Of a DNA stretch of 64,000 bases, positions 1 through 12,958 are shown one piece after another. Each line of letters opens with the position of its first letter. Within the stretch, counting starts at the first letter, position 1. The position numbers and the translations under genes are program-made. The stretch is from Octopus bimaculoides (taxonomy: Eukaryota). The stretch spans positions 22,069,924-22,133,923 of the forward strand of contig NC_069007.1 of the NCBI RefSeq assembly GCF_001194135.2, given 5' to 3'. Under the pieces are notes generated by a model that saw nothing but the letters and a program-made list of their open reading frames with translations, made no database searches and was not told the DNA's origin.

Positions 1-1137
1 AAATGGCATTAAAAAAATATATTCGCCTACGCAATGGCTTATTTTGAATTGTCCTGGCAGCAAAGAGGGGAGACAACTCTGTATCTGTTTAATTCATGAT
101 GTATTTTTTTATGATGTATTTTCGATAGGAAGTTTAATCAGATGTCATCAACATTAAAAGAACTCACGAAGCATTAATTCGTTAGCATTTAATCCTGGGA
201 GCATTGATAAACTATCCAAGAATATTTAACTTAATTTAGAATTATACAAAGTCACACGAAGCCGCGTTGAATAGAATATATCCATGTCGTATTTATGTTG
301 GGCATGTGGAAACCTTTTGCTAAGGAATTTGGGAGAAGAATTTTCTGCTCTTAGATGGACATGCGTGAAAACGTGTTGGGCTGTGAATGACGTCATTGAA
401 ACATAGGAAGCCGGTGTTTCTGCAAACTCTTGCTACAAACACGAAATCGGCCTTTTGCAGCTAAATTAGTCATTGTCATTATTATTATTATTATTATTAT
501 TATGATTTTTACCAATGGACCCCTTCGATTCCTGTTTTAATCGGATCGTCCCTCATAGCCATTCAATGTTTTAAAAAGTCCCATTATATTTGTTTATAAT
601 TAAATATTATTAGGAATTGTATGAAAAAAAAAAAAAATTATTAAAATAATATTTTTGTGTATTGTAAAAGTATAACCAATTTATTGCACATACATTTTAA
701 CAATGGAATGATGGTTATACAGTCAAGACAGTCTTACCTTGCACTAGGGAAGTGTTCTTATGTTTGTGTGAAAAGTGAGGGACAGGTGAGTGGACGCCTG
801 TTTTCCTATTGTAAAGAAATCTTTTTCCTTTATGTGTGTGTGTGTTCGTTATATTTCTGTTTTACTCTTTTGTTTGTTTCACTCATTAGACCGGTCATGC
901 TGGGCACTGTCTTGAAGAATTTTTAGTTAATTGTGTCAACCTCAGTACCAAACCACTAAGTTACGGGGACGTAAATACACCAACACCAAACAGTGGTGGG
1001 GGACAAACGCAGACACAAAGATACTCACACACATAGATATATGCATATATACATACATAATGTGTGTGTGTGTGTATGATGGGCATCTTTCAGTTTCCAT
1101 CTAATTTTTATTTTGTTTTTCTCTTTTTTTTTTTCAG

Positions 1138-4100
1138 AAACATTGGGTGTGGCACACTGAAGACTGTTGGAGAGGATGGCCTAATCATGTAATTTAGAAC
1201 TTTTACTCTGTTTATTTCTCTCTGCTCCTTCCAAGCATAACCACCCAGCAACATATTCTAATTCTAGTTATGCATTAATTAGTTCAGTTGGTTACAAGGT
1301 GGCAACGATCAAAAAGGAAATGGAATACTTCAACCTTCACTTCTAATTAGTAAAGCTTTTAAAGCATTTTATTCTCTTTATCTAATTAAGAAATCATCAT
1401 TATCCCCATTTTCTTGAGGTTAACGATGATTTTGTCATGGCAATTTGTAGATAGACCAAGTTAATTTACTGCTCCAACACAAACATTAGAACACCACTCT
1501 CAATCTGTTAATTGTTAGAATTATGGAAGGCATTGAAGAATGAAGACATGGCTGTGTGGTTAAGAAGTTTGCTTTGCAACCATGTGGTTCTGGTTTCAGT
1601 ACCACTACACAGCACCTTGAGTAAATGTTTTTTTTTCCTATTGCCTCCTTCGATTGATGAATATCTTGAGAAGAATTTGAGAAACACTAAAACAGGACAA
1701 GAATGCACTCAAACACATACACATATATATTATAGGCTTCTTTCAGTTTCTGTCTACCTGATCCACTCATTATAGCAAAATATTCTGACCAACACCACAG
1801 ATTTGCTTGACCGTAACCACATGAGCATGTCCTTTAATGGCTGACACTATGTGCATCTCTGATCGTGAGCGTGAGCACCGTGCTGGAGCACCATAGCCAT
1901 GTTTTGAATGGGAGTTTGAATAAATGTCACAAAAGCAAAGTTTAAAGGAAATATTAGGGATTTTTCATACTTTCTAGGGGTAAGCAAAGAAGAAACAAAC
2001 AGTTGCTACCCAAGGAGGAAAATCATGTTACCCAGTGTGATTTAATAAATAATATTTATATATTTTTGTTTCTTCTCAATTACAGAATGTTGGCACAGAT
2101 CTCTACTACTATTATCTTTTTGAATTGGCCTTTTATGGCAGCCTCATCTTGAGTCTACTTATGGATATCAAAAGAAAAGTGAGTTTCAGCTTTATAGTAT
2201 TTTCTTCATTTCCCTTGTCTTTTAACTCACTTCATTATCTTAGTTGGAACAAGAAAGTGTTTCTCTTTTTGTTTTTTAACTTCAGTTATATGTATGTATT
2301 TGTTTTTTTATCTTTTACTTGTTCTAGTCATTTAGTCTTTAAAAAAAATTTTTTTTTGTGTGTGTGTGTGTGTGGGCATAATTTCTGTTGTGCTAAATCC
2401 CTGTTTTTACTTTTGCTGTTTCCAGGACTTAAAAGTGATGATCGTCCACCATGTTGCAACTATCATTCTTCTCTCTATGTCATGGTTTTTGAATTTTGTT
2501 CGCATCGGATCTCTCACATTGATTGTTCATGACATAGTCGATCCATCCTTGGCTGTGAGTTGAGAACTTTTCTAACATTTGCTTTTTTACTATTGCTGTT
2601 GTTTTTATTGATTGCCCCCCCCCCCTCTAAATCACCCGCATATGACGTCTATCAACATGCTTCTGCCAAATTGAACATACTCAACACATACTGCATACAG
2701 TGGCTGAGTGCAACTCAGTGCTGAATCTGTCTGAGATGAAATGGAAAATAGGTCAGTTTCAAAACATTGATGTCCAGGTGACAAAAGCAAAGTTTGTTAG
2801 AAATAATAGTCATTTCCTTTGATTTCGAGATGGAAGCAAATAAGAAATATAACACTTATTGACCAAAGACTAAAAAAAAAAGAAGAAAAAAATTACACAG
2901 TATAAAAATTCTACATCTTGTCTGCATAAGCAATACAAGGGGACATTATCAGCTTTGTATCCTAAAATCCGAGAGGTTGTTTCGGGTATTACAACATACA
3001 TCCTGAATCAGACAACCTCATCCTAGGTTGATTAAGCCTAGGCTTGGCTCATCTTACATCAAGAAATCTCAATGTTTTCATTGTCTATTTTAACAGGCTG
3101 CAAAAATGGCAAAATACTCTAAAAAACAGACTCTCTGTGAGATTGTCTTTGGGATATTTGCAGTTCTGTGGATGATATCCAGACTAGGAATTTATCCATT
3201 TTGGTAAGTGTTTTTTAATTACTATTCAATTAATTAACCCTTATGCTTTTATATATATATATAAATAACCAGAAATGGCTCTGACGAAAGTAGCAATAAT
3301 CTTTTTAGGTCTTTCAATTTTTCTCAACTGATCAATAATGTACCTATCAATAATGTACCTATAATGATTACTGGAAACAGCCGTAAGCCAAATTTACTCT
3401 AATAAAGAATAATGTGTAACGGCCATTATCTACACCTTGTCTTATATATCGCTGTGTGTAAAACGCAGTTTAACTGGAGCCCAACCAGATTTACAATATG
3501 GAATTGTGATGAGCCATAAACTTGGACCCTGCTACAAGAATACTTGGAACTCTTCACTAATCTAAACAATATTGTTATTCTGGTGTGCCAAACGAGGGCT
3601 TATGAAGTATTTTACCCGGATTGATAATCCCTCATTATTAGCTACATATTTATAAGTGTGTGTGTGTGTATATATATAATTAATGTAAGATGTTTCCAGT
3701 TGTTGCTCTGACGTATTACCCAATTGTTTTTGCAGGGTGCTCCGCTCGGTGTATTTCGAAATACATGATCATGTCGCCTCGTTTCCGTCATTCATAGTGT
3801 TTGCAACTCTGTTGTTTATATTACAAATACTTCACATCGTTTGGACATACATGATTATTAAGATAGCCATCCAGAAATATACGCATGGGCAGGTAAGTCC
3901 AAGTATTCTTTTCTCTCCCACATCACACGTCGTTTTTTTGCAATCAATCTTGTACATGGTCTGTCAGTTGGCCTCCTTGAAAAAGTTGCCAAACATCCCC
4001 TTTCTCTCACATATTTACCTTGTACCTTGGCCTCACATCTCTCTCTCTCTCTCTCCCTGGGAAGGCATGTGTTTATCTCCTCATCAAGGCACTTGCACCT

Positions 4101-4680
4101 CTCATCCCTCAATATTGTCCCCTACTAAATCAAGGGTATTGTTTTGCAAGTATTTAGTGACCTCACCCGTGCTGCTGTTGATGCCATGTAAAAAAGCTCT
4201 GTGTTTTGCTCAAGAACACAATGTGTCACCAAGAACCGAACTCCTGACCTTAAGATTGTTAGTCGAATACCCTAACCACTAAGCCAGATGCGTTCAAAGA
4301 AGCAGTGGATCACCAACTGTTGAAATGTGTTCAGTATTTAATCTTATTATCATCATTATTATATTATTATTATCATCATTATTAATATTATTATTATTAT
4401 TGAAATAAAGACAATGTATTTCAAGAGAAATATGGCAACAAAAGGGTTAGATTTAGTCATTTTTTTTTTTTTTCATTTTGTTTTCACAGCAACATTGTAT
4501 TTTGTTGTTTGTTTGTTTTAGATCAATCAAGATGTGCGCAGTGACACAGAAGAGGAAGATGATGACGACGACTTTATAGATGAGACAGTGCCTACCGTCA
4601 CCAACCATGTAACATCCAACAACACACCAAAGGCAAAGAGGCGCCTTGTAGACGGTCATAACTCTACTAATCAATCTTAA
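1138..4680 (+). CDS. CERS: Ceramide synthase (Lag1/TLC family), 3' part; upstream exons lie outside the window
   Basis: Six phase-compatible GT-AG exons: 1138-1188 (KHWVWHTEDCWRGWPNH), 2086-2178 (NVGTDLYYYYLFELAFYGSLILSLLMDIKRK), 2426-2554 (DLKVMIVHHVAT...HDIVDPSLA), 3097-3203, 3736-3892, 4522-4680 (INQDVRSDTEEE...TAA). Lag1 motif (RKD..M..HH..T, HD..D) and C-terminal DxRSDxE motif present. Paralogue not assignable. Confidence 0.95.
3276..3390 (+). ncRNA. Minimal type I hammerhead ribozyme motif, probably from a Penelope-like element terminal repeat, in a CerS intron
   Basis: Helix I TGGCT (3276-80)/AGCCA (3386-90); core CTGACGA (3281-87); helix II with an A.G mismatch at its base then 5 pairs; GAAA (3374-77); 2-bp helix III AC/GT around loop AGCC; GTA cleavage triplet (3383-85). 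Confidence 0.6.
4140..4295 (-). mobile_element. tRNA-derived SINE, family D
   Basis: Reverse-complement similarity to 5827-6093 and 58370-58640 (…tagtggttagggt…gtgttcttgagcaaaac…). Confidence 0.6.
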
Positions 4681-5704
4681 AGAAACACATTTTATCTATA
4701 TATATATATATATATATATATAAACACACATACATACATACATACATATATAAATAACAAATTTTTCCTTCAAGAAAGAAAGGAAATCCCCCCCTCCTTA
4801 TTTTTTATTTCTTTACATTTTTGGGTTTTTTTCCGTGTGACTGTTCTATTTTGTTTCTCCTCATTTTGTTTATCTTAAATTTATTTTTTAATTTATTACT
4901 GAAATTATTGTCATTGTGGTACTTNNNNNNNNNNNNNNNNNNNNNNNNNNNNNNNNNNNNNNNNNNNNNNNNNNNNNNNNNNNNNNNNNNNNNNNNNNNN
5001 NNNNNNNNNNNNNNNNNNNNNNNNNNNNNNNNNNNNNNNNNNNNNNNNNNNNNNNNNNNNNNNNNNNNNNNNNNNNNNNNNNNNNNNNNNNNNNNNNNNN
5101 NNNNNNNNNNNNNNNNNNNNNNNNNNNNNNNNNNNNNNNNNNNNNNNNNNNNNNNNNNNNNNNNNNNNNNNNNNNNNNNNNNNNNNNNNNNNNNNNNNNN
5201 NNNNNNNNNNNNNNNNNNNNNNNNNNNNNNNNNNNNNNNNNNNNNNNNNNATTTTTATATTCCCAGTAAATCTCACCTTTTGAGTGACCTGGTGCACAGG
5301 GTGATGTGCTGTGGTTGACCTAATGTCTAATGCATCAGGTGCATCTGTTGGCCTGGTGCACTGGCTGTAAAAAATCTTGGTGAATCACAAATTCAACGAT
5401 TATTTTTTCTTTGACATTTCTATCATTCCTGAGAAAGCCATGACTATCACAACTTCTTGTTCCTCCTGTGTCATATCTTAATGATAAGTCCTCTCACCTC
5501 TCAATAATTAATGTCAATACTATTAGATTGCAAGGTGACTAGCTGGCAGAATGGTTAAGCATTTCCCTGTTCTGAGTTCAAATGCTGCCAAGGTTGACTT
5601 TGCCTTTCATCCTTTCAGGGTCTATAAAATAAATACCAGTCATGAACTGGTACTTGTTTTATTAACTACCAAATTTCAGGTCTTTGTGCCTATAATGGAA
5701 TGGC

Positions 5705-5740
<36 letters not shown>

Positions 5741-5826
5741 CACCGAGGTCAACTTTGCCTTTCATCCTTTTTGGGGTCGATAAAAATAAGAACCAGTTGA
5801 GCAAGCTAGTTATTATTATTATTATA

Positions 5827-6093
5827 GGACACACGACCCAGTGGTTAGGGTGCTGCACTGACAATCACAAGATCGTGGTTTCAACTCCTAGACAGGGTGG
5901 TGCATTGTGCTCTTGAGCGAAATACTTCATCTGACACTGCTCTGCAATCACTTTCACACCTGACATGTGGCACACCATGCACCTGTACAGGTAATGTTGG
6001 TTTGATGGAGGCAGTGAGCTAATGTATGGCACATTCGTTTGATCGTCAATAAACCAATCCTTTGTGCCGGTCGTTTGGCAAAGGCTGAACACT
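5827..6093 (+). mobile_element. tRNA-derived SINE, family D (related copies near 58370-58640 +, 51555-51670 -, 39360-39490 -, 33660-33730 -)
   Basis: A-box-like cagtggttaggg and B-box-like ggtttcaactcc head; body shared with the 58370-58640 copy. Confidence 0.7.
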
Positions 6094-7216
6094 CATACAT
6101 TGTCTTTGACAGAAGAGTACGTCATCATTATTATTATTGAGTGGTGATTTAGCAGGAACAAGAGAGCTGAAGTAACATAGAGCTCTTTACATCTATTTTG
6201 GCTTCAGCGATAAACAGGAGGTATCATGGCAGGGTACATTTGTACCCAGGGCACCCAGTGGGGTATCACAAAGAGGTAGACATACAGTTCCTAACTGAGT
6301 TGTGGGTGTAGAGATAACCTTGCGGTGTCATGTGGGAAATCCTATGAAGGAGTCTGGAAAAGGGTGATATAAGGACCATAGAAGGAGCAATTCTCTTTCT
6401 ATATTGTCCCCGTATCCCAACATGAACTAGATTTCAATGATGTTCCAACAACCTAACGAGGGACTATGAGTGATTGTACATAGAACATACCTTGCGTTTG
6501 TTTTCTTTTGAATATTAAGAAAAGTAAAGGGTGTTTTCTTTCTTTTTCTTTTCCAACCTTATTCCCCCCACCCTCTCCTTTATGTCTGCAATAATTTCCT
6601 TCTTTTTTTTTTTAATTATTGTTTTTTTTTCTCCTCTAATTATTGAATCAGAAGAAGAGAAAGAAAAAAATGCACAATTTTTTTTTTTTAAATTGGTTGT
6701 ACATGAAGTAAAAATTTGTTAAAATTTATTTTCAAAAATCTATGGAATGTGATTTTGGGNNNNNNNNNNNNNNNNNNNNNNNNNNNNNNNNNNNNNNNNN
6801 NNNNNNNNNNNNNNNNNNNNNNNNNNNNNNNNNNNNNNNNNNNNNNNNNNNNNNNNNNNNNNNNNNNNNNNNNNNNNNNNNNNNNNNNNNNNNNNNNNNN
6901 NNNNNNNNNNNNNNNNNNNNNNNNNNNNNNNNNNNNNNNNNNNNNNNNNNNNNNNNNNNNNNNNNNNNNNNNNNNNNNNNNNNNNNNNNNNNNNNNNNNN
7001 NNNNNNNNNNNNNNNNNNNNNNNNNNNNNNNNNNNNNNNNNNNNNNNNNNNNNNNNNNNNNNNNNNNNNNNNNNNNNNNNNNNNNNNNNNNNNNNNNNNN
7101 NNNNNNNNNNNNNNNNNNNNNNNNNNNNNNNNNNNNNNNNNNNNNNNNNNNNNNNNNNNNNNNNNNNNNNNNNNNNNNNNNNNNNNNNNNNNNNNNNNNN
7201 NNNNNNNNNNNNNNNN

Positions 7217-7286
<70 letters not shown>

Positions 7287-7287
<1 letters not shown>

Positions 7288-7620
7288 GGTGGCGAGCTGG
7301 TAGAATCGTTAGCATGCTGGACAAAATGCTTAGTGATATTTAGTAGAAAGCCTGATTATTTCTGAGGTGAATGGATTAGCGCAATAGGTAATGTTGGATG
7401 AAAGCAAAAAAAAAGGCCTTTTGGTATTTAGTTACGTCCCTTTTATGTTCAGAGTTCAAATCCCTGGGGTCAAATTTGCCTTTCAATCTCTCTCTCTGGT
7501 AGGAAAGAGTCAATAAAAGAAGGAACCAATCAAGTACTCGGTGGGGGTCAATTTACTCCACTGTAATCCCTTCTGCTGCCAATCACGAAATTCATATCAG
7601 TGTGCCTATGTTAAAAATCG

Positions 7621-7651
<31 letters not shown>

Positions 7652-8124
7652 CATCAATAGTTGTATTAATATTATTACTTTTATAGTGACCAGATGGCAG
7701 AATTGTTAGCATGCCAGAGAAAATGTTAAACAACATTTTTTCTGGCTTAATGTTCTGAGTTCAAATTCCGCCAAGGTCGAGTTTGTCTTTCATCCTCTTG
7801 GGGATCAATAAATTAAATACCAGTTGAGTGCTGGAGTCGATTACATCAACTATCCCCCTCCCCCCCAATTTCAGGCCTTGTGCCTATAGTAGAAAGAATT
7901 ATTGTTATTAAGGCGGTGAGCTGGCAGAACCGTTAGCATGGTGAGCGAAATGCTTAGCAACATTTCAGCCATCTGCATGTTCTGAGTTCAAATTCTGCTG
8001 AGGTCGACTGTGCCTTTCATCCTTTTGGGGTTGATAAATTATGTACCACTGAAACACTGGGGTCAATGTAATCAACTAGTCCCCTCCTCCTAAATTTCTG
8101 GCCTTGTGCCTTTAGTAGAAAGGA

Positions 8125-8130
<6 letters not shown>
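7287..8130 (+). mobile_element. Head-to-tail cluster of about four family C SINE copies separated by (ATT)n
   Basis: Repeated aaggcggcgagctggcagaa…ttctgagttcaaattcc…gaggtcgactttgcctttcatcc…gccttgtgcc…agtagaaagg units, each ending in an (ATT)n tract. The family recurs about 20 times in the window. Confidence 0.8.
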
Positions 8131-8180
<50 letters not shown>

Positions 8181-8600
8181 GTGAATTTCATAATTATGTA
8201 AAGAGAAGTTCCAGATAGCCATCGTGATAGGGTACCCGAATACTTTGCAATAATTCGCTTCGTTCCTTTATTTCCAAATTCAGTTCCTCCAATTATTTGT
8301 TTTGATTTTTCATTTTGCCACAACTGACCATAGAAATAGCAGGAAAATTTCTTTGACCGACTCAGTCGAATTTCCTTACAAATGTATGCCCAGATTTATT
8401 CTCCAAAGCTAGGAATTAACCATCATTATTGTCCTTTCTATATCTGCCCAAATGCATTCTTCTCATTCACTTGCTCATCGTTATCCAACTCCTTAGAAAA
8501 GCAAAAGAAGCCTTGTTTTATAATGTAGTTTTTATTTTAAACATTCTCTTCATTTTTTTTTTGATCCAGTTAAATATTCTCCTTGTCTGGTTTTATTTTA

Positions 8601-8806
8601 TAACTGACCACACAGCCGAGCTGTCTCACACTTGCACTAACTGACTGTGCGGCTGAGCTGTCTTGGACATATGCACTAACTCACTGCACAGCCAAACTGT
8701 CCGTCACACCCACTGACCATACAGCCAAACTGTCCGTCACACCCACTGACCATACAGCCAAACTGTCCATCACACCCACTGACCATACAGCCAAACTGTC
8801 CGTCAC
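8601..8806. repeat. 33-bp minisatellite running into an assembly gap
   Basis: Unit tgaccatacagccaaactgtccgtcacacccac, about 3.5 near-perfect copies, preceded by three diverged 37-39 bp units; N-gap 8807-9279. Confidence 0.9.
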
Positions 8807-11800
8807 NNNNNNNNNNNNNNNNNNNNNNNNNNNNNNNNNNNNNNNNNNNNNNNNNNNNNNNNNNNNNNNNNNNNNNNNNNNNNNNNNNNNNNNNNNNNNN
8901 NNNNNNNNNNNNNNNNNNNNNNNNNNNNNNNNNNNNNNNNNNNNNNNNNNNNNNNNNNNNNNNNNNNNNNNNNNNNNNNNNNNNNNNNNNNNNNNNNNNN
9001 NNNNNNNNNNNNNNNNNNNNNNNNNNNNNNNNNNNNNNNNNNNNNNNNNNNNNNNNNNNNNNNNNNNNNNNNNNNNNNNNNNNNNNNNNNNNNNNNNNNN
9101 NNNNNNNNNNNNNNNNNNNNNNNNNNNNNNNNNNNNNNNNNNNNNNNNNNNNNNNNNNNNNNNNNNNNNNNNNNNNNNNNNNNNNNNNNNNNNNNNNNNN
9201 NNNNNNNNNNNNNNNNNNNNNNNNNNNNNNNNNNNNNNNNNNNNNNNNNNNNNNNNNNNNNNNNNNNNNNNNNNNNNNNATGTCTGTGAATGACCACGAA
9301 TGTTTGACCTGCAGCTTACGCCCATGTCTCAGACTATATCAGTGTAGATGAAGTATGAACATGCTTGTTTGTGCATTTCAGAAAAACTGGTTTCAGATGA
9401 GAAGGACTTTTTTTTTTTTCTCATAATTGGCCTTTTGGTATTTAGTTACATCCCTTTTAGCTTCTGATTCCTTTTTTTCTTTTTCTTTTTACAACCATGG
9501 TGAGGGGGGGGGGGAAATTGAAACTGCTGCTTTGCATAAAAATCATTTGCAAGTTCCTCTAGACTTTCTTTAGATGTTCCTTTATGACTTATAAACTTGG
9601 CATTGTTTTATAAAACATCTGGAACCCGTTTCACATTGGGCAGTCATAAACTACACAAGCATAAATACTTTACGAAACCTGTAGGGATTCTTGGTTTTCT
9701 TTTTGTATCTTTTTTGGTTTTTGGTTTTTACCTGACCTACTCTGGATTTCAACAAAATTCTCTCAAATTGTCCAGTGCCCTATTTGCGGGCTCTTTTGTC
9801 AACTTGAGGCTGTGTATATACTTAAACACACACACACACACACACACACTGTACACATATAAATACTGTCATCGATTCGATGTATTTTGATTCAGTTGAT
9901 GTCGGATTTTGTTTCGTGCGAAACCCTTCATACCGTGAGGCCTTGAGCCCTCCCCACTCCCAAATAAAACCTTTTTGATCATTTCATTTTTGTAAGGAAG
10001 TCTCCCATTTTTTTCAAAGGTAGGGCTACAGCTTGGCTTTGGTTGTAACAATTATTAAAACAAACTGAAAAATTAATGAACCCTTCGATATCTTTGTGCC
10101 AACTTCTGCAGTTTCAATTCTTGATATCAGCTGATAATTAAGTCGTTTGCTTTAAATTAACAACAAGCTAATTTCCTTGAATTGTATCTTTTTATTAATT
10201 TATTATTTTTTTTGCAAAAGAGATGAGGCATGTGTTTTACTGTTGTACTTTTCTGTAACCCTAATCAAACCGACCTGTGATTGGAAACATTCCAATAGTG
10301 ACAAAACCATTTTCATATTTCCTACATGTTCCCCTAACTGGAATGGCTTTGGTCTTTGGCCCCCTTAATTGGTTCTGATATGAGGCTAAACAACAGCATA
10401 GTATCAGGCAGGATGCCAAGGTCCACTTCAATGCTTAGTAGATGGAAACTGTATGGAAGCCCATTATATATATGTGTGTGTGTGTGTGTGTACCTGGTGT
10501 GATATATATTTACCCATAAATCATTTTATTATTAAAATTAAAAGTTTTAGGTTTTAGCTAATGAAAGGCGCAGGCGTGGCTGTGTGGTAAGAAGCTTGCT
10601 TCCCAATCACATGGTTCCAAGTTCGGTTCCACTGCATGGCACAAGTCCTGAGGTCAAACCATTTGATGAAAAGGAAATTCTTCAAGGCGGTGCCCCAGCA
10701 TGACCACAGTCTAATGACCAAAACAAAAGTATCTACTTCAACACACATCAATCAAGAAGCAAAACAAACATCTAAACATAACAATAAGAAAGTTATTTTA
10801 CTAAATTCTTTATTATTTCCAAAATTTATTGAAATAAATGCATTGTATTTCAAGAAAAATTTGGTAACAAAAACGTTAAACCCTTTAAATATCAACCCAC
10901 CTAACCCTAACCCTAGTTCTATGATGCAAACTCCTTATTTTAAAATGATATAACTTAAAAGCTTCCATCAAAATATCCCCTTAATAATTTATGTTCCAAT
11001 TATCAGCTTAATTATGAAAACAATTTTTTTTTTCTGAATTCTTCATTATTTTCCGAATTTATTGCAAGAAAAACTGTATTTCAACAGAAATATGGTAACA
11101 AAAAGGTTGATCTATTGTCTGGTGGTTCGAGTGCAGTTGCCATGATTAACACAGTTGAAATGAACAGGTATTTTGTTCGAAAACCATCAGCCATACCTTT
11201 GTCTTACAGTTTCCTTCTCCACGATTAATGCAGTGGATACTCAATGCTTCAGGATAATAATATCTTGTTGCTCTCTCATCAAAGAGTACTATAATCAAAA
11301 GCGTTCCACACATGACCATCCTGTCATTTTTGGAGTCTCAAAGAATATATTATTCAGTATGTGCTTCATGTTTTCCAAATGGCAGGATGTGATTTGAGGG
11401 AGATTTTGCTGTTATTTCTAGCAAGTAGGACAATCATCCCTAGACACTGCTTGGGTGGATTATGGCCCAAGTCTTGTCTCCCCTTCTGGAAGATGCTTCT
11501 CTTGTCCAACAAGTAGGAAGAGTTCACTTTAGCTGTGTCAGCTAACAAACATTCCCCCACTGTTTACATTACTGTCATTGCTTGTAGGTGCGAACACCCC
11601 TATTTACAGCTGAGTGGACGATAACATAGGCACAAGTTGAGTGTGGAGGTGGGGGCAATGTAATTGACTAGTCCCCTACTTTGCCCCTCCCCAAAATGTC
11701 TGGCCTTGTGCCAATAGTAGAAAGGACGTGTGTGTGTATACATACATATTCTTTTTTCTTATATGTGGGTTAACACGGCTACGAACGGTTTCATGCAATA

Positions 11801-12774
11801 TTAGTATGTGTGTGTGTGTGTGTATATATGTATGTATGGATGTATGTGTGTGTATAGGTATATGCATGTATGTATAAACCTACTAGGGATGTACCAACAA
11901 GTAGAAAAGAATTAAGCTTCATTCCATCATTACTCAACTCCCTCTGATCATCAGTCATTAATCAGTCCCCAGATCATCAGTCATTGATCAGTCTCCCCAT
12001 TATTATTATTATTATTATCATCATCATCACATCTATCACTACTCAGTCTCCCTTATTGGAGCATCAGAACAAGTGATTTTACAGCATTTGTGTCTGGCTC
12101 TTAACATTCTGAGTTCAAATCCCGCCGAGGTCAACTTTGCTTTTCATCCTTTTGGTTGGGGGAGGGATCAGTATAATAAAGTGCCAGTCAAGTGCTGGGG
12201 TTCAACAGTAACCGATGACTTCCCCACCCCCAACCTCCCCTAAAATTACTGGCCTTGGATCAAAATTTGAAACGGTTTTTATCACATGTTGCTACACAGT
12301 TCCTGTCATATTCTTCGAATCACCATGTGGGACAATGAACAGGGAACTCAAAGTGGGGACAGAGAAGCCTCAGATTCAAGTAGATGTATTTTTGTACACA
12401 CACACACACACACACATATCATCTATATCTTGTGTGTACGCTTACATGTACAACTGCTGATGAGGAGCTTGGAGCTCTACAGAGGCTGTCATAATCTGAC
12501 CTACTCCCAGTTTAATGGTCCTGTATCTCTCTCACACACACACACATAATGTCAAGAGAGGAATGAGTGGTTGTGAAAGAAATTATTTGGTAGTGAATAT
12601 AGTCTTTGTTATTTTCTTACAAAAAATAATAAATAATAACAGTAATATTTTTGTATATTTTTTTTTTTTAATTATGAAACAAAATTGTCGATTTGTCATT
12701 TCTCTTTGGATTTTTCCTACCCTTTTGAATCCCTCGTGAATTATGGAAAACTACTGCTGTGAACAATTTTTTAC

Positions 12775-12927
12775 CTCTTTGCTTTTCAAATATCTCGCCA
12801 TCTTTGTATCAATGTCCAAAACTTCTTTGATAAAAGAAGACAAAAATTAGTTTAGAAAAAATTGTGCCATTCTTTATTGCAAGTCCACTGGTCTTTCTTG
12901 AATTCTTCTCAGATTGTTCTTCTTCTT

Positions 12928-12958
<31 letters not shown>

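Noticed and set aside
386-397. 12-bp palindrome AATGACGTCATT containing a perfect CRE
   Set aside because: A single short motif deep in a CerS intron, with no supporting promoter context.
5827-5900. tRNA-like A/B boxes at SINE heads
   Set aside because: No cloverleaf; these are SINE promoters, not tRNA genes.
4821-9325. Long ORFs in the track (for example 4821-5318, 6716-7324, 8681-9325; likewise 25642-26955, 30115-30966, 56125-57046)
   Set aside because: They run through N-gaps and microsatellites; not coding evidence.
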